From Octopus vulgaris (taxonomy: Eukaryota): DNA of 64,000 nucleotides. This document shows positions 40,117-54,492 of this stretch, one piece after another (the first letter of the stretch is position 1; the number at the start of each line of letters is the position of its first letter). Where the stretch lies: NCBI GenBank assembly GCA_951406725.2, contig OX597815.1, positions 98,146,001 through 98,210,000 of the forward strand, written 5' to 3'. The position numbers and the translations under genes are program-made. A model generated the notes under the pieces. The model saw nothing but the letters and a program-made list of their open reading frames with translations. It ran no database searches and had not been told where the DNA came from.

Positions 40117-40302
40117 GAAGAACATTTGTTCATTTAACACTCTAAGTAAACTTCTTCACTGTCATTCCTCTCTAATTCTCATCATCCATCACAGCCTCTC
40201 TCATGAGAAGGTGGTGGCTGATATGAATATGTTAATTAAATTCATTTCATTCACCTGTGTATTCAATCTGCTACCACTGCCAATACAATCACCACCGATG
40301 CA

Positions 40303-40381
<79 letters not shown>

Positions 40382-40441
40382 TCACCACCACTACTACTGA
40401 TGCTGCCGCTGCTACTGCTGCTACTGTTGCTGCTGCTGCTG

Positions 40442-40481
<40 letters not shown>

Positions 40482-40694
40482 CATTGCTGCTGTGTTGCTG
40501 TTGCTAATACTACTACTAATAATAGCAATAGTTTTTAAAACAAGGACATCAGATGAAGGGACATTGATAATAACAACAACAGCAACATCAACAACCTCAA
40601 CAACAACAACAATCATAATAATAATAATAATTTCTTTTAATTGCTTTATTTCATTTCATTTTATTTATTTTATTCGCACTAATAGTCATTTCAG

Positions 40695-40883
40695 TGTTTT
40701 TTCTTTATCGGGGTCGACAAATCTCTTCTCGGCACACGAATGGCCGTGAGTACACGTCATTGGCAAGTCCTAACAAAGTCGAAATGTATCTGGCGTTCCC
40801 GCTAATCGCTGGCGGTACGATTTTTTGCCTCTCTCAGATATATGTTATGTCCAAAGGAAATTTCCTATCAGATGAAATCCCCA
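40695..40883 (+). CDS. Candidate pair of micro-exons (40695-40745 and 40838-40883) separated by a 92-nt intron
   Basis: tttcag|...GCC|gtgagt...gctaatc...ttttttgcctctctcag|...CCA|gtaagt. Two spliced frames stay open; product not recognised. Confidence 0.35.
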
Positions 40884-42249
40884 GTAAGTTGCCTGTCAAC
40901 GACGTATACACATTAGATTTGATACATAGATAATTATCATGTTTTATATTATTCTTAGGTACAGGGAAATTTTGATGGGGTGGGGGAAAGTCGATAACAT
41001 AAACCCTGGTATCTGAGTTGTGCTTTATTTTATCGACTCTGAAATGATGAAATGCAAAAGTAACCTCGGTGATCATAAAATTTTCAACATCGAAATTTTC
41101 AAGCATCGGTCGAGTACTGAGGTCGATTTCATTGATTAACCCTTGTCCTCAAATTTCAGGTCCAGTGCCTACATTAGAAACGGTTACTAATATTGTGGAC
41201 TGAATCGATATTGTGGACACTTTCCTCTTTGGTCAAGACCTCATCAACATTTTAAAATTACACTTGAAAAGAAAGGTGAAGGTTGATTAGGTTGTGCTGT
41301 CCCCTCACCACTATCACCAGCAAATTTGTTGGAAGTTGGGTTAATGTACCTAGAATAACACTAGTGAGTGACCCTACTCTAAGCTGGATCTTGTAGACTA
41401 AAAAGTACGAAGAGAGGAGCACTTTTCCTGGTACTTCCGGGAAGTAGGGTTGCTTGGGATTTGTGGGGTTCCTTGGATTTGGGGAGTGTTTTCCGCACTG
41501 TCAGGGAGTTTGTTTGTTAACAGGTTTTTCGAAAATTGTTATTGTTTCATTTCTTAGACGTTTCTTTGAATTGTCCTAAATGTTTTTGCGGCCTTTGTGG
41601 CCAAAAGAGGACTTGTTATTAATATGGCCATCAGCCGCAAATATCACGACATAGGCTCCGGAAATTTTGTGTACACTCTGTCATGTTCACCCAAAAAGTA
41701 GTTGGCTTTCGTTCCAGTTTTTGTAATGTCGAATAGAAAGGACATGTTATCTACGGGTAAGTTCCTTTTTGGTTAAAGTTGCCATTTCTTGTGTGTCTTG
41801 CCGATGTCAATTTTACTTCGATTGGAAAATATGTTTTTTCTTTCGTATATTTGTTGAGGCGTAGGTCGCAGGTGTCAAATAAAGCAGGTGGAGAGATGGA
41901 GAATTGGAAGAGAGCAACAGTTTTGTTATAATGAAAGCAAACTGAGTATTTATGCTGCTGTATCAGCTTCGTCTGATAGCAAAGCAAACGACAGTAACAA
42001 CAACAGTAGTAGCTACATTAACAACATAAATAGCACCAACAAGGGAATGAAAATAATAAAATAATATCCCCACTATCAAAAAGGAAATCATACACGGCAA
42101 CATCTCCAACAGTAAGAACAACAAAAATCAATGCCAAAACAGCAACAACAAGTGACAACAACAACAACAACGATAAATGCATAAAGCAAGCTATGTCTTT
42201 CTCAAAGACAGCAGCCAGTAGGAAATACATTCACGGGAGGAATTGAAAG

Positions 42250-43715
42250 GTAAAGACTGTCATTATAAATATTAAAAAAATCTTAAACCAAGAAGTAATG
42301 TCTCTCAGTGAATAAGAAACGATAAACTCCGAAAAACAAGCAATTGTTTGTAAATGTATCTATCGTACACAGAGAAATCTTAAATATGCTACTTCGGCAG
42401 AGAAAGAAGAACGCTTTGAAGATGTATGACCCCCCCACCACCACCACCAGTACTACTTATTTATAAAAAAAACAGACAGTATGGGGAGATAGCAGCCACC
42501 TGTACTAGCAAGCAAGCGTCTTGAAGAATGGCTACAATAACCTGCACTCATCAGATATTAATCATGATTCCCTTATATATGAATTTGCGTTAAATACGCG
42601 CTGGCTTATTGAGATCCGGCAAAAGACTAAGCAATCCTGGAGGAAACTGAGGAGACTATGGAGGTGAATTCACCGCTCAACTCACACAATTCAAGATCAG
42701 ATGGAATACTTAATACTGGTCCCTGCAGAGAAAGTCGTTGGCATTTTCGATGTTTTCTTTATCGAGGAATGCGAGATGTCAGTGGCTATAGAGGGAAGAA
42801 ATCTGAAATGTTATGTGTGAACACTCAGAAGCTTTTTGCTCCACAGTGGAGAGAGTATAGTGCCTTGCATCATTACCAATAACCCGACCAACAGCAAAAG
42901 AGCCCTCTCTCATACTCAGCTAATACAAATTGTAAAATAAAAAGCCTTCTTTTCTGATTCAAGCCTAACGATAACAAAAAAAACATCTATCGGGTGATAA
43001 AAGCCTGCAGAAATTATTCAAAAATACCTTTGCTGAGGAAAAGAGAAAACTCAAACAAATACGTATCAATCCGAATTGAAGGTGATGAAACACAATGACC
43101 TGATAGAAATTCATCACAAAATCACACACCAACATCAACACCATCATCACAACAAAATATACCAATTCTTACAAGTACATTCACAACGGAAAATTCAGAA
43201 GAAATCACGAAAACAAAACAAACACTTGTACTACATGACCAATAGTCACACTTTCAGGTATAAAATTCCTTTATCGATTTCTCTATTGTTCAGAAGAGCA
43301 ACATCGAGGAGGTAATCAGCAACAAAAGCATTTTCACAAATGGAGTGGGTTGCGCCGAAATCCACCTTCAGAAAAACACACCCTAAAACAGATTGCTCAT
43401 ACAGACTGATTTGCTGTCTTATCTTCTACTAACAAAAAATTTCAAATAAGACACCGGAAAGTCTAGTAAATACAAAATAATAGCATGCTAGAGAAGCTTT
43501 TCCCCATTTCTTCCTCAGCCAATTTCTTTTCTCTGATCTCTACGGCTGTGTAATTCTTCAGGATCTAGTTTCGATTTGGTGGCGAGATCACTTGCTCGAC
43601 AAACGGAGGTCACTCGATATACGTGAGGTAGCCATTAGCGAAACAAGGATTTCCAGAGTGCAATATCTGGCATTCGTTTTCCACGATTATATGTTCTCTT
43701 CTTGCAAACTGTCCG
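42250..43715 (+). mobile_element. Decayed 5' part of a Tx1/L1-like LINE (ORF1 remnant plus start of APE endonuclease)
   Basis: VAIEGRNLKCYV near 42783-42818 resembles a zinc-knuckle lead-in. GCVILQDL..WRDHLLDKRRSLDIREVAISETR at 43544-43650 resembles APE motifs NVRGL...D..AISETR. Confidence 0.45.
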
Positions 43716-43978
43716 GTCCATGCATAGATACGTGAGAGAACATGCGTGTGCACGCGTGCTAATGTCTGCATCTAGTAACGGTCATATATGACAGTTATCG
43801 TATGTGCGACACTGTGTAGCAAGCCTAACTATTCCTGAGTGGAAAGGTATTCAATTGTTCTTTAATAAGATTTTGGAACGAGTAGCAATGATACCAGAAG
43901 CTGATGTGTCATCAGAGAGAGACTTAAAATAGGGATCAGAACAAAACTCCATTTCACCCCACCCAAATATGGTGTAAG

Positions 43979-44068
<90 letters not shown>

Positions 44069-44355
44069 ATATATATGAAGACCTTCCAGGCTTGGTAAAT
44101 AATATTGATCTACACTTCGCTTTCTTAAACTTATGAACTTAGTGCTTTGAAGTTATCTCCCTTGAGTAGGTAGGTCGAAGTTATTTTGTCTGTTTCTTTA
44201 GAATCTTCTGTTTGATTATATTTTATTTGTAAATTAGTTGTACAGCCTGTTCATTTTTCTTTTTAATCTTTGTTTCCTCATTTTTCTAGGTGATTTGGGG
44301 GATTTGTGTAGTGCATCTGAAGCAGAGCATTACAATCTTTGTTTCATTATATATG

Positions 44356-44386
<31 letters not shown>

Positions 44387-44387
44387 A

Positions 44388-44448
<61 letters not shown>

Positions 44449-44643
44449 ATGTATATGTTTTTTTTCGAAGGTTGTTCATTTAGCATCATGCTTCCCATTA
44501 GATCATTAGATGCTGCCTCCATCTTTCGCCTTGGAACATTCGAATGTTTATTATTATTCCAACCTATTAGGTGATCTTTTGATCATTTTTCGGCAATAAG
44601 CTAGCCGTGTATTTGCCCCAGTACATATACATACATACATACA

Positions 44644-44701
<58 letters not shown>

Positions 44702-44756
44702 CATACATACATACATACATATACATATATACATATATATATGTATATGTTTGTAT

Positions 44757-44796
<40 letters not shown>

Positions 44797-45938
44797 GTGT
44801 GCGTATGTATACTTGTGTATCTGTGTGTATTAATTTTGCTTGGGTTCATCTGTTTATAAGACGGAGTTTGTTTCGGGTTTATTTGTATATGTTGTGTTCA
44901 TAGAGGGTGTTTTGTTTTTTGCACAGTAAATATTTTCGAAGACAATCACTCATTTTTACAGGTTTATTTTCCCGTTTTGCTATAACATTTTTTTTTCTTT
45001 GTGGACCTAATTTTACCAGCATAATTTTTCTTTTGATAACCATGCTTGCACACACGCGCACACACACACACTCCCACACAAATGCTCGTATGAAAGCATG
45101 CGTGTAATTATATGGAAACAATTGTATATACATGCATGTATATAAGCATATGTGTATTCCTGCATATATTTATGTATGTGTAATTCTCTAAAGTATTCAA
45201 CATATTAGATTGTTAATAAAATCTCCCTGGAGCTGATGAAGAAAATGTAACGGAAGATTGGTGCTACCCCACCTAATATCGGTAGACATATACGCCTCAT
45301 TTATACAATAAGCAGATAAAGAGATCGGTTAGAAAAAAACAATCCGCTTTATCAGCATTAGGAAATCACCACAAACTTCAACAGCATAAAAAAACAACAA
45401 CACAATAACCATGGCAGTATAGCGAATGCATTCATAAACTGTCCCAATAACACACACACACGCACACACACAGGCACACGCATGCACACACTCACACGCA
45501 TGCACACACTCACATACACACACGCACAAATGCGCATAACATACAAACCAATACATACGCATAACATACAAACCAATACACACGCATATATATCCACACA
45601 TATACTTAAACAAATATATACAGGCATATGCACATTATGTATATATGTATGTATGTGTGTGTGTGTATACATAAATTAATTTTAATACATAGAAATAAAT
45701 ATATTATCTGCAAACACACACACACACACACATATATAAATATTTATAAATAAGCATACTTACATCACATGCATACACAACAAACTACATACATGCCTAC
45801 ATACATATGTGTGTGTATATGTATATGTATGTGTGCATAATCTATCTATATATCTTCTTATCGATATAAATATATATCTTTATATATACATATATACACA
45901 AATGTACATGTACATATATGCATATATTTATATCATAT

Positions 45939-45980
<42 letters not shown>

Positions 45981-45995
45981 GCATATGTGTGTGTA

Positions 45996-46072
<77 letters not shown>

Positions 46073-46613
46073 CAAATAAGCTCCTGAACTCATATTGACT
46101 GCATGGAAACAGTGCTCTTTTAGAGTATATACAAGAAATATATAATATTCCTGACGCATTCAGTTGCACATGATAGTAATCTGTCATGCAAAGTGTCACA
46201 TTAGCAACGAAGACTAAGAAGTGAACAAAGTATGCAAGATAATTAGAAATCATGGTTGAAGCCTTTAGCCATTTTTCTCACCAATTAAGCTGCTAATATT
46301 AATGATGTTGGTTTTACATCTACGTGTTTCTTGTTTGGCCTTTGATCTTGGAGTTATCTGGTTATGCTAAATTTTCCCCAAAAAACTCCAAAGAAAACGT
46401 CAAATACAGGATAAGGAACGGAACGGCATTTGATACTTGACTTACAGATCACTAAGACTACCAAACATAACTACCAATATCCTCCTCAGAGCTTGAGAAA
46501 TATGCTTTAGATAAGGTATCATGTAGCGAATCGTTGACCAAGCAAAGCCAAGCATTGAGTATGGGAGGTCGATAACGTTTACAAAATTAGCGCCGCTTTT
46601 AATTTGTGATTGA

Positions 46614-46614
<1 letters not shown>

Positions 46615-46698
<84 letters not shown>

Positions 46699-46699
46699 A

Positions 46700-46779
<80 letters not shown>

Positions 46780-46780
46780 A
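46615..46780. repeat. (TATC)n microsatellite
   Basis: Near-pure run. Confidence 0.95.
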
Positions 46781-46854
46781 TATATATATATATCTGTATG
46801 TATGTCTGTCTGTCAGTGTAGGCATGTGTGCGCGCGCGTTCTTTTTGTGTGTGT

Positions 46855-47150
46855 GAGGGCGCATGACCTTGTGGCTAGTGTGTTGCACTTACGATCTAGC
46901 GATCAAGATTTCAATTTCTAAGCCGAGTGGTAAGTAGTATTCTTGAGCAAAACCTTTCATCTCACGTTGCTCTACGTCCCTTTCGACACCTGACGCGTGG
47001 CATACAATAAACCAGTTCAGATAACGTCAATTTGAGGGATGGAGTGAGATCTCGTGTGCAGCACGAACATTTGATTACTATAAACAAATCACTTGTGCAG
47101 GTCATTCAGCAAAGTGTGAACGCTCATACCTCGGCTTCGACGGAAGTGTT
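46855..47150 (+). mobile_element. Old tRNA-derived SINE (family C); related copy at about 47765-48030
   Basis: Both copies share gtggctag.g.tt..gca...ca/cgatc...gatc...tttca.tt.c...ttg.g.aa...cttcat...ac.ttgct. Confidence 0.5.
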
Positions 47151-47183
47151 CATCACAATATATATATATGTGTGTTGTTGTTG

Positions 47184-47234
<51 letters not shown>

Positions 47235-47271
47235 TATGTATGCATGTATGTATATATATGTATATAAATAC

Positions 47272-47667
47272 ATAATAGAAATATTAAAATTACTAAGTCT
47301 CTCTAAAGGAGATTACGGCAGCGTTACTGGAAATTAATAGTTATCACCATACTAATATGGCAGTCTTATAAATATAAGACTAAAGCTGTCGCTGATTAGC
47401 TCCAAGAGGCCACCGCCTCAAGCTAGCTATTTGACACACGAACCTGCGTCCATTACAAACCTTCGAACAAGGGAGGTCAGCCGCTTCATCCTGCCAGTCA
47501 GACAGCTACAGACATGTTTCAGGGTTGTTGCCCCTTATCAATGCAGCGTAGTCAGACTTGCAGGTGTCGCTACTGATCGTCCCAGTTCGAAGGCTTTATT
47601 TACCTAGTTTCATTGGAATACATCCACTTGTTTTCAATAATAGAAATATTAAAATTACTAAGTCTCT
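47272..47667 (-). mobile_element. Second retrozyme-like non-coding element: 365-nt unit with 31-bp terminal redundancy
   Basis: Exact direct repeat ATAATAGAAATATTAAAATTACTAAGTCTCT at 47272-47302 and 47637-47667; internal hammerhead on the minus strand. Confidence 0.8.
47505..47547 (-). ncRNA. Type I hammerhead ribozyme with U3-A8 core
   Basis: Stem I GCUGCA/UGUAGC, core UUGAUAA, stem II GGGG(CAACAA)CCCU, GAAA, palindromic ACAUGU, predicted cleavage after GUC (C at 47511). Confidence 0.85.
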
Positions 47668-48255
47668 TTGTGTCTGTGTTTGCCCCCCCCCATCAATTGT
47701 CAAGTGATGGTGGGGGGGACGTGCATATGTGTGTGTGTGTGAGTATGTGTGTGTATATATATGTGAAAGATAGTGGCCAAGTGGCTAGGGTTGCGCAATC
47801 ATGATCGGAAGATCGTATTTTCAGTTCCCAGACTGGAGATGCGTTGTGTCCCGGAACAAAGAGCTTCATGTTACTTTGCTTCCGTCTAGTTTGCGATAAA
47901 TTGGTTCACCTCTGATTTAGTGGCTTCATGATCAGGATATTGTTGACTTACCTAGCGAGCAAGCGGGATTGCATCATTTGAAGGCTACAACGATGTGAAG
48001 GCGCGCATAGTAACTAAAATCGTGTCACAACAACATCGGAGAGATTGGCGATCTATACAGCGATATGCACATCTCTCTCTCTCTCTCTCTGCGTGTGGAT
48101 GTGTGTATATATGAGTCTGTGTATGTATGTTTGTGTTTGTGAGTGTGTGTATATGAAAGAGATGGGAGTGTATTCATATATATATACATAGAGACAGAGA
48201 GATTGAGAGAGAGAGAGAGAGAGGGGGATAGAGAGATAGACAAGCAGACAGACAA

Positions 48256-48298
<43 letters not shown>

Positions 48299-48559
48299 AA
48301 GACAGACAGACAGATAGATAGATATATAGATTGATAGACAGATAAATAAACAGATACATTGACAGATACATAGATAGATTGATGTGTAAGTGTAAACACA
48401 TACAAATATACATACATACATACATACGCATACATGCATGCATGAATACATACATACATGAAAGAAGTAATTGAAATATATTGGAGTTGAGTTTCTAGTG
48501 ATAGAGACATACAGACAAGCAGACAAGCAGGCAGGCGGACAGCCAGGCAGACAAACTGA

Positions 48560-48560
48560 C

Positions 48561-48634
<74 letters not shown>

Positions 48635-48797
48635 AGACAGATGGGAAGAAAGTGAGAAGAAAAAGAAGAAGAGAGAAGAAGAAGAAGAAGAAGAAGAAGA
48701 AGAAGAAGAAGAAGAAGAAGAAGAAGAAGAGGAGGAGGAGGAGGAGGAGGAGGAGGAGGAGGAGGAGGAGGAGGAGGAGGAGGAGGAGGAGGAGGAG
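48560..48797. repeat. (AGAT)n, (GAA)n and (GGA)n microsatellites
   Basis: Seen directly. Confidence 0.95.
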
Positions 48798-49133
48798 AGC
48801 GAAAGAACACGGGGATAATATGAACAATGAGGAACAAGACTGTACAGAAAGCAGTAGTGCAAGAGTTGAAGGCATCTAGTTAATTTGCAGTGTAAATATT
48901 TAACAGAAGTGTAGGTCAGATATTAGCGAGAGAGTTGTTCAATTACTGTTATGTTGAGACAAGTAAATTGGTGTTGAGTAACACCATGTTTAGTTATTTA
49001 TGGCCGACAGAACTACTGACACTGAATGCTTGGTGTGAGGAATGGACAGTAAATTGAGTTTACCAAATATTATTCTACAGATTATCAACACACACGAAGC
49101 ACACAACACAAACACACATTCTGACACATATGT

Positions 49134-49244
<111 letters not shown>

Positions 49245-49505
49245 TGTGTGTGTGTATGTGTGAATGTGTGTGTGAGTGTGTATATATGCATGTATATGTT
49301 AGTACGTGTGTACATATATTCATATACCTACATATATACACATGCAGTTATGTGTATATACATGTATGTATGTTTACATATTTGTATGAGTAGATGTGTG
49401 TTATACATATATATGCATAAATATATATATACACACACACACATATATATATATATGCATGTATAGGTGCCTGTATGTGAGTGTATATATATGTATGTAT
49501 GTATG

Positions 49506-49538
<33 letters not shown>

Positions 49539-49836
49539 TTGTTTGTGTGTTTGCGGAGAGAAAAAGGCGGAGCAGTACACACACACGGCTTTTCTATCAG
49601 ATTTCAACATCTCTTGCGTTTGCTTCCTTCACCACTCCAACCTTGCCCCTTCTCCGGAACCGCCACCAGAAGGATACACTGTGCATCTGGGTACCCTACC
49701 GAAAATTGATTAATCCCTGAGCATGCGCATCTGTGTGTATGCCTGTCTGGAGGGGGAGGGGAGACACGTCTGTGTTTTTTTGTTTGTTTGTGAAGGTGTG
49801 TGCATATATTTATGCACCGCTTTATGTGTATATATA

Positions 49837-50327
<491 letters not shown>

Positions 50328-51895
50328 TGGGTCAAAAGTCACGCGTCAAAGCATTTGACGTATTATTTCTATTTCGCTATAGTTCATTTTCTTTATCATG
50401 TACAAGTACGAGTGTATTCATCATTATTATATTTATTTAATTCAATTTCAGAAATGATGTGGTTTTGACAAATTCCGGAGAGTATTGAACTCATTTTTTC
50501 TACGTGACCTTTGCTCCACTCTGAGCGCGTGTACTTTTATGTCTTTGTTTTCTTGTTTGTATTTTAGTTTCAATAAAAGACACCGATAGAAGTACCAGAT
50601 TTGAAAAAATAATAACTATGGGATCGATTTGTTCTCCAAAACGTTTCACTGAAGCAAATAAAAAACAAGAAATGGGATTTACTGATCGCAGAACGTATTT
50701 CAGTTTTAGTATTTACTTTATGGATCTGTAATGTATCAAACAGGTAATTAACAATACATAAAAACTTACGATATAAGCAACACCACCGGACTTTTGTCCG
50801 ACGTACACCCATACATAGCGACAAATGTATGGGTTTTATAAAAAAGTTTTGAGGCCATCAACATAAAAGTAAGACAGACATAATTCTATTTTATTTTTAA
50901 AAGGATTTACAATCAGGCTCAAATCTCTTGAAATATATCTCGTATACGAGGCGAATATGCAACTGCCATCTCACGAATTCAGTTCGGTTAGTATTATAGC
51001 GAAACCATACTAGAAGAATGATAATTTGTATCTTTATTGTCAACAGGTCTAGGCAGGTTCAATGTCAAAGTATGCTGGACGCTCTGACGTATATCTAAGG
51101 GGAATAACTTCTCCGTTTTGCGTAGACAGTGTGTTCAATACACACGACGTTTGAACTTGTCTAAATATGTTAAAAGTAAATATGCAAATAATCCTTGTAG
51201 ATATCTCGCTCTACTTGGTTTAAATAACTATTTTTCATCTTAGAAGCCTTTTACCTAATTTGACAAGTGAGATCAAAACTGGAGCCACGGGGTTGCGATT
51301 CAGGTCTCTTAGTTTCAGCCACGACCATTTCTATCTTACAAATTCCACTTGCTTCAGTTTAGCAAAACCGAAGCCATAGCGGAAAGTATTTACCCAGGAT
51401 GACATGTGGGAACGAAATCGGAACCACGTGGCTGCAATCCAAACGTCACCGTCGCATGGCCATGACTCCATGTACTACGGTTCTTTTTCACTTATAGTTG
51501 ACGTCTTTTATTTTAGGAAAGATGTTAAGCTAAGAACATTACAACTCTGATTGTCTTATTACAACACCTCGATATTTGTGTGAGACTTGATTGTCCACAT
51601 TCTGCTTGTAACGTGTTGGCTACTTTCCTAATTTACTGTATACACTACTAAATTATATAGCATTTTGTAGCGACAACCAATCATTAGACAATGTTATTAT
51701 TCTATATATTATTGTACTCTTTGACAATCAGATCAGTTCTAATTATTTCTCATCTCTATTTCCTTTGTATGTCCGTATATATATATATGTGTGTGTATTT
51801 GTTTACATATGTATGTATGTATACATATGCACACACACACACGCACATATATACATATATATATATAAATATATATGTATCTTTCTCTCTCCCTC

Positions 51896-51943
<48 letters not shown>

Positions 51944-51960
51944 CACTTATACAGGCATTT

Positions 51961-52019
<59 letters not shown>

Positions 52020-52798
52020 TGTGAGCGAGTGTGTGAGTATATCTGTCTATATATGTATATACACGTACTTATGTACCTATTTAGTTGCTGGACACCATAG
52101 CTCCTTTGCAACGACGAGGTGATGGTAAAGCGTTTGTCGAGCAACGGAATATATTCTGCCCCTTTTCTGAGTAATTCCCATGCATTACGTCTATACTTTC
52201 TATCATTCATAAAAACATGCATACAACTACATCCACAATTATATATACACACAAGACGCGTGAATATAACTGTTTGGAAACGAAAGAGGGAGATAATGCT
52301 CAATATATAGTGTAGACAGTGTACAAACGTATTTCAACTGGCCGTGACTCAATTGATACTCTATAACTTAAGAAAATATAAGATATTCATTAGTGGAACG
52401 CCTTTGACCATAAGTATTGTCGTATCCTGGATCAGGAATGACGAGGGATTACACGGTAAGAACAATAGCATTAATGCTTTTGTGTCAGCACCTGGTCATA
52501 TATATTACTTTCTTGTCTCCGTAGATATCACGTCAATAACATCTCATAGAAAATGCAGGATTTTATTATTTTACTCTAGAGTGACAATTTACTGGATGTG
52601 CTCACATCAGAGAAACGAACTGCAATAGACATCGAACTTTCTTCATTTTGGTTCGTACACGGATGATAGATCATTTGACCATCTGGTCTCCTTCACTAAT
52701 TAATTAGCATCAGTTGAAGAAAGAAACTATTTATCTTTACTCGAAAAAAATGCTGTAAATACAGACACACACACCACACACACAGACACGCACAGACA

Positions 52799-52837
<39 letters not shown>

Positions 52838-52843
52838 ACACAC

Positions 52844-52875
<32 letters not shown>

Positions 52876-54453
52876 ATATATATACAGATACATATACATA
52901 CATATACAAATACATATATATATATATATTTGAAAAGAACGAATGAAGAAAAACTATATCTTTAAAAAATGCTTAAATACAAAACTACAAGCGAAAAAAC
53001 AAAACGTTGAGCATATACATTCTAATACATAAATATCTATATAACACATTCTCATACAAGTGCACATGCTTAACATCATCTTGTTCACAATTCTTGTTTA
53101 CTGTCCATCTTGTGTTGATAATACGCTAAAACACAACGTTAATTTGATAAATGTGCGCCTTCTAGCCTGACACAAACTTGTCAGTAGCAAATCTTACTGA
53201 GTTAGAAATGACACTGTTTTGTATTTTTTGTTTATGATCGACTGTCGAGGTCAATGGTAGTGTTAGGCTGAGTGTGAAGAGAATGTCTCAGAGTGCTGAA
53301 GTCGTTGATTAAGGAAGTCAAATATCTGCTGAGTTCTTCACAGATAAGGAGAATATAATCTGAAAGAACTTTACTTGAATTGCTAGACAACAATTATGGA
53401 CGGTTTACGTCTCTTATTTTTACTTTTATCTTTTTACTCCTACTTTCGTTTGCAAATAACTAATGCTTCTTAGCAAATTACATTTTAATAATATATGTAT
53501 ATATACACTCGAGAAATAGACTTTCCTCCTCTACTACTTTCTCACGTATGGGATTGAAATACAGTATGGCCACCAAAGAATTGGATGGGTGCAACTTTGT
53601 AGATAGAACCAAAGAGATAATCGTCAGAAAAGGAGGAAATTAAGTTAATTCCATCTCCCCGGAACTATATATGTCGTGCCTGTGACTATGTATTTATTAT
53701 TCAAGGAATTGTCCAAATATATTGTCAGCTATTTTCCAAGGTGGCTTTTCGCTCACCACATCACTTTAATGATATTGGTCAGTTGCTCCTTCGATCAGTT
53801 ACCATCAATATGATATATTGCTAGCCAATGCGCTTCTATATTAGTTTCTTTCGTGAATTGTTATCGCCGGTTCTGTCTTATGCTTTTATGTTGATTTTTT
53901 TAACCTTGTCTTTAAGTACATTTTCGTTGTTTCGCCAGTTTTCTTGTTTTTTTTCTTCATTTTAGCCGGACCTCCAGTCTATTTTCAGACCGTAATTTGA
54001 TAAACCTAATTGTATACAATATGTATTCAAGTTAAAACTAAATATATCATAAAACATCCTTTCCTATCATTATGTTTGTGCATTTTGTAAGCAATTAGTA
54101 GATGCTCGAGGTCTTGAGGTCTGCTAAGATAATTTCCACTATTTTTTCTCCTTTGTCTTACTTATTTACAGTTTTTTTTTTATATATCTATTAGCGCTCT
54201 CTGTTTTAGCAATTTGTAACTTAGTTATTAGCAAATTAAGGTTAAGTAGATAGCTACAGGTTTCCGAATAAAATCTTTTATTTCCAAAATACTGAAAAAG
54301 AAAATTATTGCAATTACACGCACAGAAAATAACATGCCATCTTAGTCAACTTAAATATTGGTACGACACTGGGAAAGCATTAACATATGACATATGTGTA
54401 ATACACATATATGTCTATATATACAACTGATCATGCGTATAAATACTCACACG

Positions 54454-54492
<39 letters not shown>

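Noticed and set aside
41200-42000. Possible minus-strand retroelement ORF remnant with a knuckle-like C..C...GH pattern
   Set aside because: Requires several frameshifts; too degenerate to call.
44290-44355. Plus-strand exon that could extend the 40838-40883 exon to an LRR-like GNFLSDEIPSDLGDL
   Set aside because: The acceptor is good but no clear donor follows, and the LRR periodicity does not continue.
45233-45270. CTGATGA motif as a hammerhead core
   Set aside because: No stem II pairing, no GAAA and no stem I.
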